64,000 nucleotides of DNA from Bdellovibrionales bacterium (lineage in GTDB: Bacteria > Bdellovibrionota > Bdellovibrionia > Bdellovibrionales > JAUICD01). The notes beneath the pieces are model-generated. The model searched no databases. It saw only the letters and a program-made list of their open reading frames with translations, and was not told the DNA's origin. Below, piece by piece: positions 8,906 to 19,264 of the stretch (its first letter is position 1; the number at the start of each line of letters is the position of its first letter). The position numbers were made by a program, and so were the translations under genes. Location: NCBI GenBank assembly GCA_965262715.1, contig OZ253553.1, positions 2,208,001 through 2,272,000 of the forward strand, given 5' to 3'.

Positions 8906-10200
8906 ATGAAGATTTTAATTATTGGAAGCGGGGCGAGAGAACACGCTATTATATACAACCTCAAATCTTCATCTACAAAAAAAGAGCTTTTTTGTTTTCC
9001 AGGCAGTGATGCTATATTTGAAGATGCTAGCCCTCTTCCAAATCAAATAACATCCGATATCTCTGCCTCAAAACTCAAAAACTTAGGTATTTCAATGGTA
9101 GTGATTGGTCCTGAAGCTCCTTTAGTTCAAGGCCTTGCAGATAACTTACGTAAAGAAGGACTTTTGTTTTTGGCCCATCAAAGGTAGGAGCAAAACTTGA
9201 AGGCTCTAAAATTTATGCTAAAGAATTTATGACAGAAGCCAAAATACCCACATCAAAATATCATATTGTATCTAACAAGATAGAAACCATCTCAATTGCT
9301 AAAAAACATTTTAATCCACCTTATGTGCTAAAAGTGGACAGTTTAGCTGCAGGCAAAGGCGTTTACATATCTCACAATCTCAAAGAATTGGAAGATGCTG
9401 CCATAGAAGTCTTTGAAAAAAAGCGCTTTGGTGATTCGCTAGCTTTATTAGAAGAGTACCAGAAAGGACAAGAGTTAAGCTATCTCGTACTAACTAATGG
9501 TAAGGACTTTATAGCTTTACCTATTGTTCAAGATTACAAACCTTTACTAGATGGCAATAAAGGGCCTAATACAGGAGGTATGGGAGCTGTTGGCCCTTTA
9601 AGCTTATCATCTGATTTAAAACAAAATATCGAAGCTAATATCGTAAAACCAACCATCCTCTCTCTTGAAAAAAACTCCATCGATTATAGAGGTGTTTTGT
9701 ATATAGGGCTTATTATCACTAAAACAGGACCAAAAGTTTTAGAATATAATGTGAGATTTGGAGACCCTGAAGCACAAGTGATTTTACCTTTACTTAAAAA
9801 TGATTGGCAAGATGTCTTTGAAAGCATAGCTAAAGGCATTTTACCTCCACTTCATTGGAAAGACAAATTTGTTAGTGTTGTTGTTGCTGTATCAGAAGGT
9901 TATCCAAAAGATTTTCAAAAAGGCTTTCCCATTTATGGCGACTTATCCCATAGGGACTTATCCCGTAGGGACTTATCCCATACAGATTTATCACAAAACC
10001 TCCATAATAGTTATTTTCTACATGCAGGAACAAAAAAAAATCCTCAAAATGAATGGATCACCTGTGGGGGAAGGGTTTTAAATGCTGTAGGCATTGGACA
10101 AACAAAACAGCAAGCTCTAGAAATATCTTACAAATCTCTTAAAAACATTGATTTTCAAGGGATAAGGTATAGGAAAGATATTGGGCAAGTCTATTCATGA
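8906..10200 (+). CDS. purD: phosphoribosylamine-glycine ligase, frameshift near 9165 (possible sequencing error)
   Basis: MKILIIGSGAREHAI, VIGPEAPLVQGLAD, then in a shifted frame FGPSKVGAKLEGSK, GPNTGGMGA, EYNVRFGDPE. Confidence 0.9.
9940..9999 (+). repeat. 15-bp in-frame tandem repeat x4 inside purD
   Basis: gacttatcccatagg / gacttatcccgtagg / gacttatcccataca / gatttatcacaaaac, encoding DLSHR DLSRR DLSHT DLSQN. Confidence 0.9.
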
Positions 10201-10799
10201 TTCATCTTGTACACACACCAGAAGCTGCAAGCGCATTGCTCTCAAAGGGAAAAGTGCTTATCTATCCAACAGAAACTCTTTGGGGTATGGGAGCTAGCAT
10301 TGAAAGCAAAACAGCTGTTTTGAAGATATTTGAACTTAAAAAGCGCAAGTTAAAGCAACCTATCAGCTTACTTATTAGAGATATTAAAATGGCAAAGCAA
10401 TATGCTATTTTAACAGAACCTGTCTTAACATATATGAATATTCTATGGCCTGGCCCAGTGACCTTTGTAATGCCATGTAAAGAGCTTGTTCCAAAAGAAG
10501 TGCACGCAGGAACTAATTACGTGGGTTTAAGATGTTCTCCTCACCCCTTTCTTCAAAGGCTCCTGCAGAAAATCGATGTCGCTATCACAAGCACTAGCGC
10601 AAATATTTCTAATGAAGAGCCTATAACCAAAATAAACCAAATAGATTCTGTTTTTAGTAACGATATCTACTGTGTGCCTAGCAATGATGTCTTAAAAGGC
10701 CCTGGATCAACTATTGTGAAGTGGAATGGATCTGAGCTTGTTTGTTTAAGAGAAGGGGTCTTACCCTTTCATCAACTCTTATCTCAAATCAACCCTTAA
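10197..10799 (+). CDS. tsaC: L-threonylcarbamoyladenylate synthase (TsaC/Sua5)
   Basis: YPTETLWGMG, KKR, WPGPVT, STSANIS motifs; ATGA overlap with purD. Confidence 0.92.
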   Translation: MIHLVHTPEAASALLSKGKVLIYPTETLWGMGASIESKTAVLKIFELKKRKLKQPISLLIRDIKMAKQYAILTEPVLTYMNILWPGPVTFVMPCKELVPKEVHAGTNYVGLRCSPHPFLQRLLQKIDVAITSTSANISNEEPITKINQIDSVFSNDIYCVPSNDVLKGPGSTIVKWNGSELVCLREGVLPFHQLLSQINP

Positions 10800-11215
10800 A
10801 CTATTTCATCTCCAAATGTTTAACAAAAATTATTATTTTGGGGATTGAACCAATAAGGTTTTACTGTACATTATGAAAGATTGTAGGTATCCTCCAAATG
10901 CTTTATAGAAATAAACTGACATTATTTTGCACCTAAAAACATTTAAATGGCTCAAAATTGGCACTTATACAATTTAATGCTAAAAGCCACAAATTAGGGA
11001 TATCATACATGATGACCTATTGTGCCTCTTTGTGTCTAATAAATAAACATTAAAAAAGCTGTGGTTTTTTAATATCTTATATATACTCTACCCATAAAAT
11101 ACACGAGTACTCTAAAATCTCTTGTTATAAAGTAGGCCACAACTTCTTATTCTATCCTGCTTGTATTTTTTAAAAAAATATAATACTTTCAACACCTTAT
11201 ACTTCTTACTTTTTT

Positions 11216-11231
11216 TGGCCTCTAATTTGCC
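11216..11231 (+). promoter_or_regulatory. sigma54 -24/-12 promoter candidate
   Basis: TGGCCT-CTAAT-TTGCC with correct GG/GC spacing, 55 bp before the metalloprotease ATG. Confidence 0.55.
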
Positions 11232-11285
11232 TTACTTAATTATAGAAGATGAAATAATTAATTTAAGTAAAGAAGTATAAAAAGT

Positions 11286-12149
11286 ATGAAATTTTTTAAA
11301 TTATATAGCCAAAAAACATATTTTATTTCAACATGCCTGCTAGGATGTTTTGCTTTATTTTTAGCATCTTGTGCAACTAAAAAAGAACCAAGTTGTGGAT
11401 TTGTTATAAATAGTGCTGAACAGCGCCTTTCTTGGAACAACAGCCTTCCACTCACTTTATCGTTACATCCTAATGTACCTAGTGACCTAAGACACGCCTT
11501 TTACACAGGTGCTGACCTCTGGGAGGAAGAACATGGTATAGATTTCTTCAATATCCAAGAATTATCAGAAGGGTCCTCTGCTATACCTAGAAGAGATAAT
11601 AGATCTATTGTTTACTGGGATAAACAATGGAACAAAAAGAAAGACAAAGAGTCCGAACAAGCTAAAACTACTATTTACTGGATGGGTTCTCAAATCATAG
11701 ATTCTGATATCCGTTTTAATGCTGAACATTATGGATTCTACACAAATGAGGACATTGATCGACATGAAGATATAGATAACATTTTTGGAAAAAACAATAA
11801 CCAACATATAAAGAAACAAGCTTCCACTAACAACTTCAATATAATCAATCATTTAATGGCATTTATTGAGCAAAGAGATTTCAAGGCCAATGTTATCAGT
11901 CAGGCCTCTAATATTTTACCTTCATACACTCACTTGAGGAGTATTTATATTAATGGAGTTGAACAAAAAAGCTATCTCATTCACTTAGAAAGCCTTATTG
12001 TACATGAGCTGGGACATGCTTTAGGTCTCGATCATAATGCAGATGTTGAAAGTGTCATGCAAGAAAGATTATCGGCACAAACAGAAAGAGATCAAATAGC
12101 AGAATCAGATTATAACAACATAAGATGTGAATATGCCCCTGCTATATAA
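11286..12149 (+). CDS. matrixin-like (metzincin) zinc metalloprotease lipoprotein
   Basis: Lipobox LASC; HELGHALGLDH plus Met-turn (SVM). Confidence 0.85.
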   Translation: MKFFKLYSQKTYFISTCLLGCFALFLASCATKKEPSCGFVINSAEQRLSWNNSLPLTLSLHPNVPSDLRHAFYTGADLWEEEHGIDFFNIQELSEGSSAIPRRDNRSIVYWDKQWNKKKDKESEQAKTTIYWMGSQIIDSDIRFNAEHYGFYTNEDIDRHEDIDNIFGKNNNQHIKKQASTNNFNIINHLMAFIEQRDFKANVISQASNILPSYTHLRSIYINGVEQKSYLIHLESLIVHELGHALGLDHNADVESVMQERLSAQTERDQIAESDYNNIRCEYAPAI

Positions 12150-12207
12150 TTTTTTTAACACTATTTAGCAGTTTTATGATATTTTAATTGATGTATTGAC
12201 ACCATGA

Positions 12208-12429
12208 ATGTTGATAAAAAAAGGAATTTATATTATGGTACAGATGAATAATTTATTACAGAACAATTTAAGCTCTATTTATAGTACAAGAACAACATCT
12301 TTAAATGAAACTTTCAATCATGATGGTTTAACAGAGTTAAGAAATCATATTTGTCATCTTGAAGAATTAAATGAGCGATTAAAATATATGATGACAGAAA
12401 TTCGCTTTCTAGTCACAGATAGCTTATAA
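12208..12429 (+). CDS. small hypothetical coiled-coil protein (start possibly 12235)
   Basis: AAGGA RBS before ATG 12235; helical C-terminus LEELNERLKYMMTEI. Confidence 0.5.
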   Translation: MLIKKGIYIMVQMNNLLQNNLSSIYSTRTTSLNETFNHDGLTELRNHICHLEELNERLKYMMTEIRFLVTDSL

Positions 12430-12604
12430 TCTCCTCTTCAGTATTTATTTCCTTATAATCTAAAAAGCCCCTTCTTACGAGTTTCACTTCAAATCCATTC
12501 ATCTTTCTCCAAAAATTATACTATCATTTTTGATACAAATGCTTCCTTGATTGAAAAAAGTCACTTTATGGTTTAAATATATGTTTAACAGCAGATGAGG
12601 CCTA

Positions 12605-13132
12605 ATGAAACCATCAATTTTTTGCTTGAAATTCTTCACTCTCTTTTGCTTTCTAAATCTTATATTCAATATATTGTCTATAGCACAAGAAAATAGTTCA
12701 TTGTCTTCTAATTGCCCCAACTTTATAGATTGCATTTTTATGAGAGATCCAATCAGAGTTCAACAGTTCATAGACGAAGGAGCAAGTATCAACATGCAAA
12801 ACCCTTACGGTAATACTTTTTTGATGTTCGCCGCTGGTGAAGGTAATATAGATACTCTCGTCTTCTTACTAAATCTAGAAGCAGACCCTGACATTCTAAA
12901 TATATATGGTTATACGCCATTAATAGCTGCCAGCAAGAATGGACATTTAGACATAGTCGATCTTTTAATAGAAGCAGGAGCAGATGTCACTATCAAGAAC
13001 CTTGAAAATAGAACAGCATTCTATTACATTATGAATGCTATCAGATATATGGCTATTTATGAAGATCCAGATAAACTAGATAGATTATTAGAAATAGCAG
13101 TCACCCTACGAGAAAAAGAAAGAGAAGAATAA
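12605..13132 (+). CDS. secreted ankyrin-repeat protein
   Basis: Signal peptide; GNTFLMFAA and GYTPLIAASKNGHLDIVDLLIEAGAD. Confidence 0.88.
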   Translation: MKPSIFCLKFFTLFCFLNLIFNILSIAQENSSLSSNCPNFIDCIFMRDPIRVQQFIDEGASINMQNPYGNTFLMFAAGEGNIDTLVFLLNLEADPDILNIYGYTPLIAASKNGHLDIVDLLIEAGADVTIKNLENRTAFYYIMNAIRYMAIYEDPDKLDRLLEIAVTLREKEREE

Positions 13133-13617
13133 CAAGATAAAGTAAAACAACATCTTATCTATCATCAATCACTTGATGAACATATTTTAGCTGAAGCTTT
13201 ATTTCATAGAAGAAGAAAACATCCTTAGTAATCCTGAAAAAGCACAACTACTAGCAGCCTCTTTTAAGCAATAAACCCATGCTCACAAGATTTTTAGACT
13301 TTAAGCCTGAAAAGATGAATATGTGATAGTTGATTCATTTTGATATGACAAGAAAATATGCCGATAAAAGCTAGCACTTTGGACAATTTATATTCTCTAG
13401 AACAAATATCTTCACAAAATGGTGATATTTTTGAAAAAGTCTTTTCAAGCCTTTTTATAAAGTAAGAAGCCAAATTTTACATTTTAAGCTTGTATTAGTA
13501 TGCCTTTATAGTGTATTATTTTATTCTTCTTTAAGACAATTTACTTGGTTATAGTGAGTTTTTGATTGAATTGTCGCTCAATCTGCCGATAATAAAATTT
13601 AGAGGAGCTTAAGGTAT

Positions 13618-14262
13618 ATGAAGGAACTATTACTTACAAATAGCTCAGTGGTTTTGATAATAGAAAGTCCTGTACCATCTGTAACTCATGAATTTTTGGT
13701 CAACCAAAAGATTATTCCTTCAGATTTTCAAATTCAAGGCACTCCCTTTTATACACCTCCTATCAGCCAAATAAAATACAACAATGGTTTTAATATAACC
13801 ACCGAACCCAGTAAAATACAACTTATGACCTCAAAACCTGCCGTCACAAAAGAAGAAAAAGGAAACTGTTTAAGTGAACTAAAAGATGTATCACTAAAAT
13901 ATGTTAAACTTTTTAATGATATAAATTTTAAGTCTATAGGAATTAATTTTCAATTTATAAGAAATGACTTACAGTTTAAACATTTAATAGAACAAACTAT
14001 AAAACCAGATAACCTCTGCTTAAAATTTGAAGATAATAAAGGTGAAGTTGGAACAATCAAGGTGTCTTATAATAAGTGGAAGGGCAAACAGTTCAATGTA
14101 GAAATTAATAAAATTAAAAAAATACATCCCCCACCTCCAACAGATGTTGTTCTCTTTAATGTCAATATAAACTACCCTAATAACTATGGCGAGAAAGTTA
14201 CTATTATTGAAGAACTAATAGAAGATTTTGAAAAATCACAAAAGTTCATAGAGAGGTTTTAA
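13618..14262 (+). CDS. TIGR04255-like protein (putative chaperone), gene 1 of a three-gene operon
   Basis: SVVL...P...FL...IIP.DF...TP.ISQI.Y...EP.KIQ...IGINF pattern as recalled for this family; GAGGAG RBS. Confidence 0.5.
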   Translation: MKELLLTNSSVVLIIESPVPSVTHEFLVNQKIIPSDFQIQGTPFYTPPISQIKYNNGFNITTEPSKIQLMTSKPAVTKEEKGNCLSELKDVSLKYVKLFNDINFKSIGINFQFIRNDLQFKHLIEQTIKPDNLCLKFEDNKGEVGTIKVSYNKWKGKQFNVEINKIKKIHPPPPTDVVLFNVNINYPNNYGEKVTIIEELIEDFEKSQKFIERF

Positions 14263-14906
14263 TGACTGATATTTTAAAAAAATTTGATTTTGAAGAGCTA
14301 AATTCTATGACAAATCTTTTTCAATCAAAAGTTTTATCTCAAAATTTTGAGCCATATAACCTTCTTAAAATTCAATCAAAGTCTTATAATGTGAATGATC
14401 CCTCATATACATATAGCTCTTTTATCATGAATTCTAAAGAATCCTTTAATATAATAGACTTATTGAATAAAGAAGAGGCACAGCGTTTGTATAACACTCT
14501 AGAGAGCTTACACGAAGAATGTGAAGAAGAAGGCTATGAGGTATTCGATGAAATAGCAAGAACAAATGCTAAGAAGGTACTAGATTTTTTATGTAAGAGT
14601 TTTCCTGAGTATGATTATGATATCTATCCTACTGATGGTCGTGAAATTAACATTGAATTTTATTCATTTAAAGGACGCATACTCATTCTTTGTGATTCTA
14701 AAGGTAGTGTCGCTTATTTTAAGAGCTTAACTGGAAAAATCAATAGATATCGATGTCAAGATATTGATGACTTTCCTTTTGATCAATTATATCAAGAATT
14801 TCAATCTTTCAAAAGTCATAAAAAAGAAACTTTTTTATCTAGTGATAATCCTAACATTAAATCCTCTGATTATGAGATGTTGAACAATGAAGACAGATGC
14901 GCCTAA
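14262..14906 (+). CDS. hypothetical protein (putative antitoxin), gene 2
   Basis: TAATG coupling to gene 1; EGYE...AKKVLDFL...DIYPTDGREINIEF...ILILCDSKGSVAYF core with low-complexity termini. Confidence 0.5.
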   Translation: MTDILKKFDFEELNSMTNLFQSKVLSQNFEPYNLLKIQSKSYNVNDPSYTYSSFIMNSKESFNIIDLLNKEEAQRLYNTLESLHEECEEEGYEVFDEIARTNAKKVLDFLCKSFPEYDYDIYPTDGREINIEFYSFKGRILILCDSKGSVAYFKSLTGKINRYRCQDIDDFPFDQLYQEFQSFKSHKKETFLSSDNPNIKSSDYEMLNNEDRCA

Positions 14907-15324
14907 AAATATTGAAGATGACGATTTACTTGGTAGAGCTATCTTTTCCAGTAGAGAAGCAAAAAGAGCAACGGTTGGAAAAATAAGAAGTAGTGTTTTT
15001 ACTGAAAAATTAAATAAAAGCCTTTCAGTCGATCGATTTAATTTTTGTTCGGATAAAGAATTGACCAATATTCAAGACAAAAATGCTCAAGTTCGATCAA
15101 CAAAAGAGAAGACTCAACGTTCATTTTACGGTTGGGCTAGCCTAAAAGTTTTTGATGCTCGAAAAGAAAATAGAAAAGTTCAATCAACACCAATCAAAGA
15201 AAATCCTTATCACGCTGATATTATACTACCAGAAGATATAGAAACAGAAGATGATCAAAGAGAGCATGCTATAAACCTTGCAGAAAGTTCCAAATGGAAA
15301 CCAAAATATTATAGCTCACATTAG
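14887..15324 (+). CDS. putative ADP-ribosyltransferase-fold toxin, gene 3
   Basis: LLGRAI (Arg in strand 1), LSVDR (Ser motif), NPYHADI; overlaps gene 2 by 20 bp. Confidence 0.5.
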   Translation: MKTDAPKNIEDDDLLGRAIFSSREAKRATVGKIRSSVFTEKLNKSLSVDRFNFCSDKELTNIQDKNAQVRSTKEKTQRSFYGWASLKVFDARKENRKVQSTPIKENPYHADIILPEDIETEDDQREHAINLAESSKWKPKYYSSH

Positions 15325-15585
15325 ATTTTACTGATGATTTGCCATAATGAGTTTCGAGCTTATTAAAACATCAACAGGGAAATAACCCACTTTATCATCA
15401 TAAATTTTGAACCTACTATGACTAGCTATATAATAACTCTCATATTTATCCCAAAAAACCCTAATACTTCTCCTAATTATATGTTATTTGATAGGGATTT
15501 CTAATAATCCAATAAATTATAGGTATTGACATACCATCATTTTATATTTACATCATTTCTAGGTTTTATTACCTACTAGGAGCTT

Positions 15586-16719
15586 ATGAGGATTATTTTA
15601 TTCACATTCATATTCATTCTACTTTTACAAAATAACTTTTATGTTCTAGCCAGTTCACAAGAAGTGACTCAAGCACAGTTAGGGGATCCATGTCAATTTG
15701 TAATAAAAGGAAGTAGCTTTGGGGCAAGGTTATCTAACAGCTTTCATGATTTACTCCTTTCTTATGGTAATGAAAGGCTTCCTATAGAGTTCTACATTGA
15801 TAGTCAAATACCGGACTATTTAATAGAACCTATCTACGAGACAGTCTCTGATTGGAATACATCAGCAGGATCTGAAGTCGTTACACTTGTTTCTTTTGAT
15901 GAAAATGCTATCGCCTTTACAGGTCAAGCAGATCAAAAAAATACCATTCATTGGGGATTTGTACCTAATTCTTCGATTTTAGCTTCTGCCTTCGGTGAAC
16001 TTCCTTCTCCAATAATGGCTTCACCAACTCCTTATTTACAAATTAGCACAATAAATATAGCAATAAACAATGCTCATCCTGATGTAGGCCTGATAAATCA
16101 AACAGAAAATTCTTTTAACAGAGTACGTAACCTTATAGAAACTTTTCAAAATATAGATCCTGAAATTTCGCCAAATGATTTACAAGATTTTGAAAGCTTT
16201 ATAGAAATGGGCGAAAAAATAGTACACCTTTTACAAAATGCAACTATTGAAAGAGTACGAGGTATATTTATAAGAGGATTTGAGCTTAAACAACAAAATT
16301 TAGGTTCAAGAAATTTTGATAATGAAAATGCGAAACAACTTGAAATAGACCTATTAGATCAACTCATTGATATTTATATAAGCCTGCCAGATGAAGATGT
16401 TGAAAGAACTCGAGATACAATGGCCACTGGTATAGAAGAACTTTTCAGTAGATCCAACTTCGAGGCTTTCTCTCAAAGAGCAACATATCTTGCTCATTTT
16501 AAGAGTGTTTTCACACATGAAGTAGGTCATGCTTTAGGATTAAGAGATATTCACGATGAAGAACTTCCAGATATAACAGAACAAATACCTTTAATGTGGC
16601 ACCCTGTTAATGGACAGGTAGATACGCTTTATAATCCCATTCAAATAGACCGTCTGGCTCTTCATGCCTTGTCATGCACTTATGATTTAGAGACTTTAAG
16701 AAGGCAAGCACAACCTTAG
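15586..16719 (+). CDS. secreted metzincin-like metalloprotease
   Basis: Signal peptide; HEVGHALGLRD plus PLM Met-turn. Confidence 0.75.
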   Translation: MRIILFTFIFILLLQNNFYVLASSQEVTQAQLGDPCQFVIKGSSFGARLSNSFHDLLLSYGNERLPIEFYIDSQIPDYLIEPIYETVSDWNTSAGSEVVTLVSFDENAIAFTGQADQKNTIHWGFVPNSSILASAFGELPSPIMASPTPYLQISTINIAINNAHPDVGLINQTENSFNRVRNLIETFQNIDPEISPNDLQDFESFIEMGEKIVHLLQNATIERVRGIFIRGFELKQQNLGSRNFDNENAKQLEIDLLDQLIDIYISLPDEDVERTRDTMATGIEELFSRSNFEAFSQRATYLAHFKSVFTHEVGHALGLRDIHDEELPDITEQIPLMWHPVNGQVDTLYNPIQIDRLALHALSCTYDLETLRRQAQP

Positions 16720-16757
16720 CCACTTATTTATACGTTTAGTATTAAGTTTCTTATTGC

Positions 16758-17762
16758 TTAAGTAAGAGACTCTCCACATGCAGAGAATTCTTCTCTTATT
16801 ATTCGATTTATGATACCAAGCAACTCTAAATATCTACCATCTTCTATTACACGCTGTTTTAAAATGCCTTCTACTGAATTGCCTTGATAATCTGGAATAT
16901 CAAAACGTCCTCCTAAACGCAACAACGCTTCAACAGACCCTAATAAAGCTTCCTTATAAAGAGCAGATATCATTGGAGTTTGATGCTTCCTCTTATTCAC
17001 AACATCAATATCTGCACCCTTAAAGACAAGAAGTTCAATAGCACCTATATTTTCCACCCTCGCCGCATGATGCAAGGCGGCAAAACCTCTTACAGATAAA
17101 GCATTGACATCAACACCATATTCAATGAGATATCCTGCAATTTCTACTTGTTTTTTATCAAATAACTCTTTTTGTGACGGATTTCTTCGAGCCATTCTCT
17201 GTTGATATTGCATATTTTCTGCAAATAAAAGATGCAATGCTGTAGAATGTGCATTGCGAGAAACAAAATCAGTCCTTGCCCCATTCTCTAATAAGACTCG
17301 TATATTTTCTGGATTTAAATCTTTACGTGTGACATAAAAAAATAAAGGAGGGCTCCCTTCTGCATTTAAACTATTTGGATTTGCACTGTGATCAATTAAT
17401 CTTTCTGTAATACTACGAGCTCTTGAATAATGAAGAGCTGTGTTATACTTATCAGCTGCATTTTGGAAGTCAGCCTCTGCTCCATGAGACAAAAGAGCTT
17501 CTACAAGTTCTAGATCACCTATTCGAACTGCATTCTGTAATAACGAATACCCTTCATGATTAACTGCGTTAATATGCATTGGATATTGTTGCAGTTTTGA
17601 TCTTAACTCTTCAACATTACGATCTAAGACTTGCTGATGAAGAAGCGCAGATATAGCTTGTTCGCTGAGAGTTAAGCTTTGATATAAGTGTGCTTGAACT
17701 TCAAAAGCAATAAAAATAAAAAAAATCACATAGAGAGTAGATATTTTATTCGGCATCTTCAA
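16758..17762 (-). CDS. secreted ankyrin-repeat protein
   Basis: Signal peptide; several ankyrin units (GYSLLQNAV, NTALHY, STALHL, GFAALHHAA). Confidence 0.88.
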   Translation of the reverse strand: MKMPNKISTLYVIFFIFIAFEVQAHLYQSLTLSEQAISALLHQQVLDRNVEELRSKLQQYPMHINAVNHEGYSLLQNAVRIGDLELVEALLSHGAEADFQNAADKYNTALHYSRARSITERLIDHSANPNSLNAEGSPPLFFYVTRKDLNPENIRVLLENGARTDFVSRNAHSTALHLLFAENMQYQQRMARRNPSQKELFDKKQVEIAGYLIEYGVDVNALSVRGFAALHHAARVENIGAIELLVFKGADIDVVNKRKHQTPMISALYKEALLGSVEALLRLGGRFDIPDYQGNSVEGILKQRVIEDGRYLELLGIINRIIREEFSACGESLT

Positions 17763-17977
17763 TTAAGGTTTCCCTTCTTTCTTTCACCCCTCTTTCTCTG
17801 AGAGCATCCGTACTCACTCCCCACACTTCTTACAGCAAAAACATTGATCTTACAAGCTCTCTCAAGCGTAAATTACTAAACAAGATTTAATATAATATGC
17901 GTTTATTTTGTTGATTATATTGATATAATAATTTGCAGTAAAGCATATTATAATATAAAAACAGAACATTAAGACAT

Positions 17978-18053
17978 AGGGATATAGCTCAGTTGGTAGA
18001 GCGCCACTCTTACAAAGTGGATGTCGTCGGTTCGAGTCCGGCTATCCCTACCA
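17978..18053 (+). tRNA. tRNA-Val (anticodon TAC)
   Basis: Acceptor AGGGATA/TATCCCT, D arm GCTC/GAGC, anticodon arm CCACT-CTTACAA-AGTGG, T loop TTCGAGT, encoded CCA; 76 nt. Confidence 0.97.
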
Positions 18054-18177
18054 TTAAATAAATCAAATCAGCTGGTAGAAGCTACTCTTTACTGATATGT
18101 AAAAATAATAGATAAAGATTGAAATAGGCTTATAATTCATAGTATAGGTGAACTCTACCTATTTATGGATTTAATTT

Positions 18178-18957
18178 ATGTCTTTCCAAGAAAAATATTC
18201 TCATATCCAAAAAGGCAACCTGCTTTACGAGGGTAAAGCTAAGCGTATTTACCATATCATCAATCAACCAGATTTAGTGCTCCATGAATTTAAAGACTCT
18301 TTAACAGCCTTTAATGGTGAAAAAAGCTCCTCTCTAGAAGGTAAAGGACAGCTAAATACTGCTATTTCTGCAATGCTTTTCCAACATTTAGAGATAACAA
18401 ATGGATTTAAAACTCATTTTATTGCTCAAAAAACTTTCGAGGGAAATAAAGCCATGCTTCTTACACAAAAATTGCAAATGATCCCTCTAGAAGTTGTTGT
18501 TAGAAATAAAGTTGCAGGCTCTTTAAAAAACAGATTAGGTTTAAAAGAAGGGGTAGACATCAAACCGATACTGCTTGAATTTTATTTAAAATCAGATGAA
18601 CTAAAAGATCCCCTAATTAATGGAGGACATATCCTATTACTAAAAATAGCAGAACAGGCAGACTTATCTGAAATAAAAAACTTAGCTTTAAGTATCAATA
18701 CACATTTACAAGCAATTTTTAATCTTATAAGTCTGACTTTAGTTGACTTTAAATTGGAGTTTGGAAGAGATAAAAACAATAAAATTGTTTTAGGAGATGA
18801 AATTTCACCAGATACTTGCCGAATTTGGGACACAAAAACAGGAGAAAAGCTAGATAAAGATTGTTTCCGTTATGATCTTGGAGATGTTAAAAAAGGCTAT
18901 CAAATTATAAAAGACAAACTAACAGAGATCACAAAAAAACAACCTAAAGGAATTTAG
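18178..18957 (+). CDS. purC: SAICAR synthetase
   Basis: LYEGKAK, IPLEVVVRN..AGS, LVDFKLEFG, GDEISPDTCRIWD. Confidence 0.97.
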   Translation: MSFQEKYSHIQKGNLLYEGKAKRIYHIINQPDLVLHEFKDSLTAFNGEKSSSLEGKGQLNTAISAMLFQHLEITNGFKTHFIAQKTFEGNKAMLLTQKLQMIPLEVVVRNKVAGSLKNRLGLKEGVDIKPILLEFYLKSDELKDPLINGGHILLLKIAEQADLSEIKNLALSINTHLQAIFNLISLTLVDFKLEFGRDKNNKIVLGDEISPDTCRIWDTKTGEKLDKDCFRYDLGDVKKGYQIIKDKLTEITKKQPKGI

Positions 18958-18963
18958 AATATT

Positions 18964-19212
18964 ATGAGATGGGGCATATCTATTTTACCAAAACCAGAAG
19001 TTTTAGACTCAAAAGGCAGAGCTGTTTTAAAATCATTACAACAAGAAGGTTTTAAAATTAGAAGTTGCAAGATCGGCAAATACATCATTTTAGATTTACA
19101 AGAAGAAAATAAAGAAACCTCTTATTTACAAGCTAAAAAAATAACTAAAGATATACTTCACAATCCTCTCATAGAAAGTTTCACTATAGAAAACCTTGAT
19201 AACAAAAAATAG
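18964..19212 (+). CDS. purS: FGAM synthase subunit PurS
   Basis: KPEVLDSKG, IGKYI, LHNPLIE; lies between purC and purQ. Confidence 0.92.
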   Translation: MRWGISILPKPEVLDSKGRAVLKSLQQEGFKIRSCKIGKYIILDLQEENKETSYLQAKKITKDILHNPLIESFTIENLDNKK

Positions 19213-19264
19213 AACTAAAAATACATTAAGATAAATCAAGATCAACTATTTAAAAAAAGGTCGT

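Noticed and set aside
13140..13275. Possible remnant of a small antitoxin-like gene
   Set aside because: Short broken frames without a start; resemblance too weak to support
13341..13592. Two GCCGATAA sigma28 -10 boxes before the three-gene operon
   Set aside because: Neither has a convincing TAAA -35 at 15-bp spacing
17978..18177. tRNA-Val as an integration site
   Set aside because: No integrase, and I found no duplicated tRNA 3' end in the window
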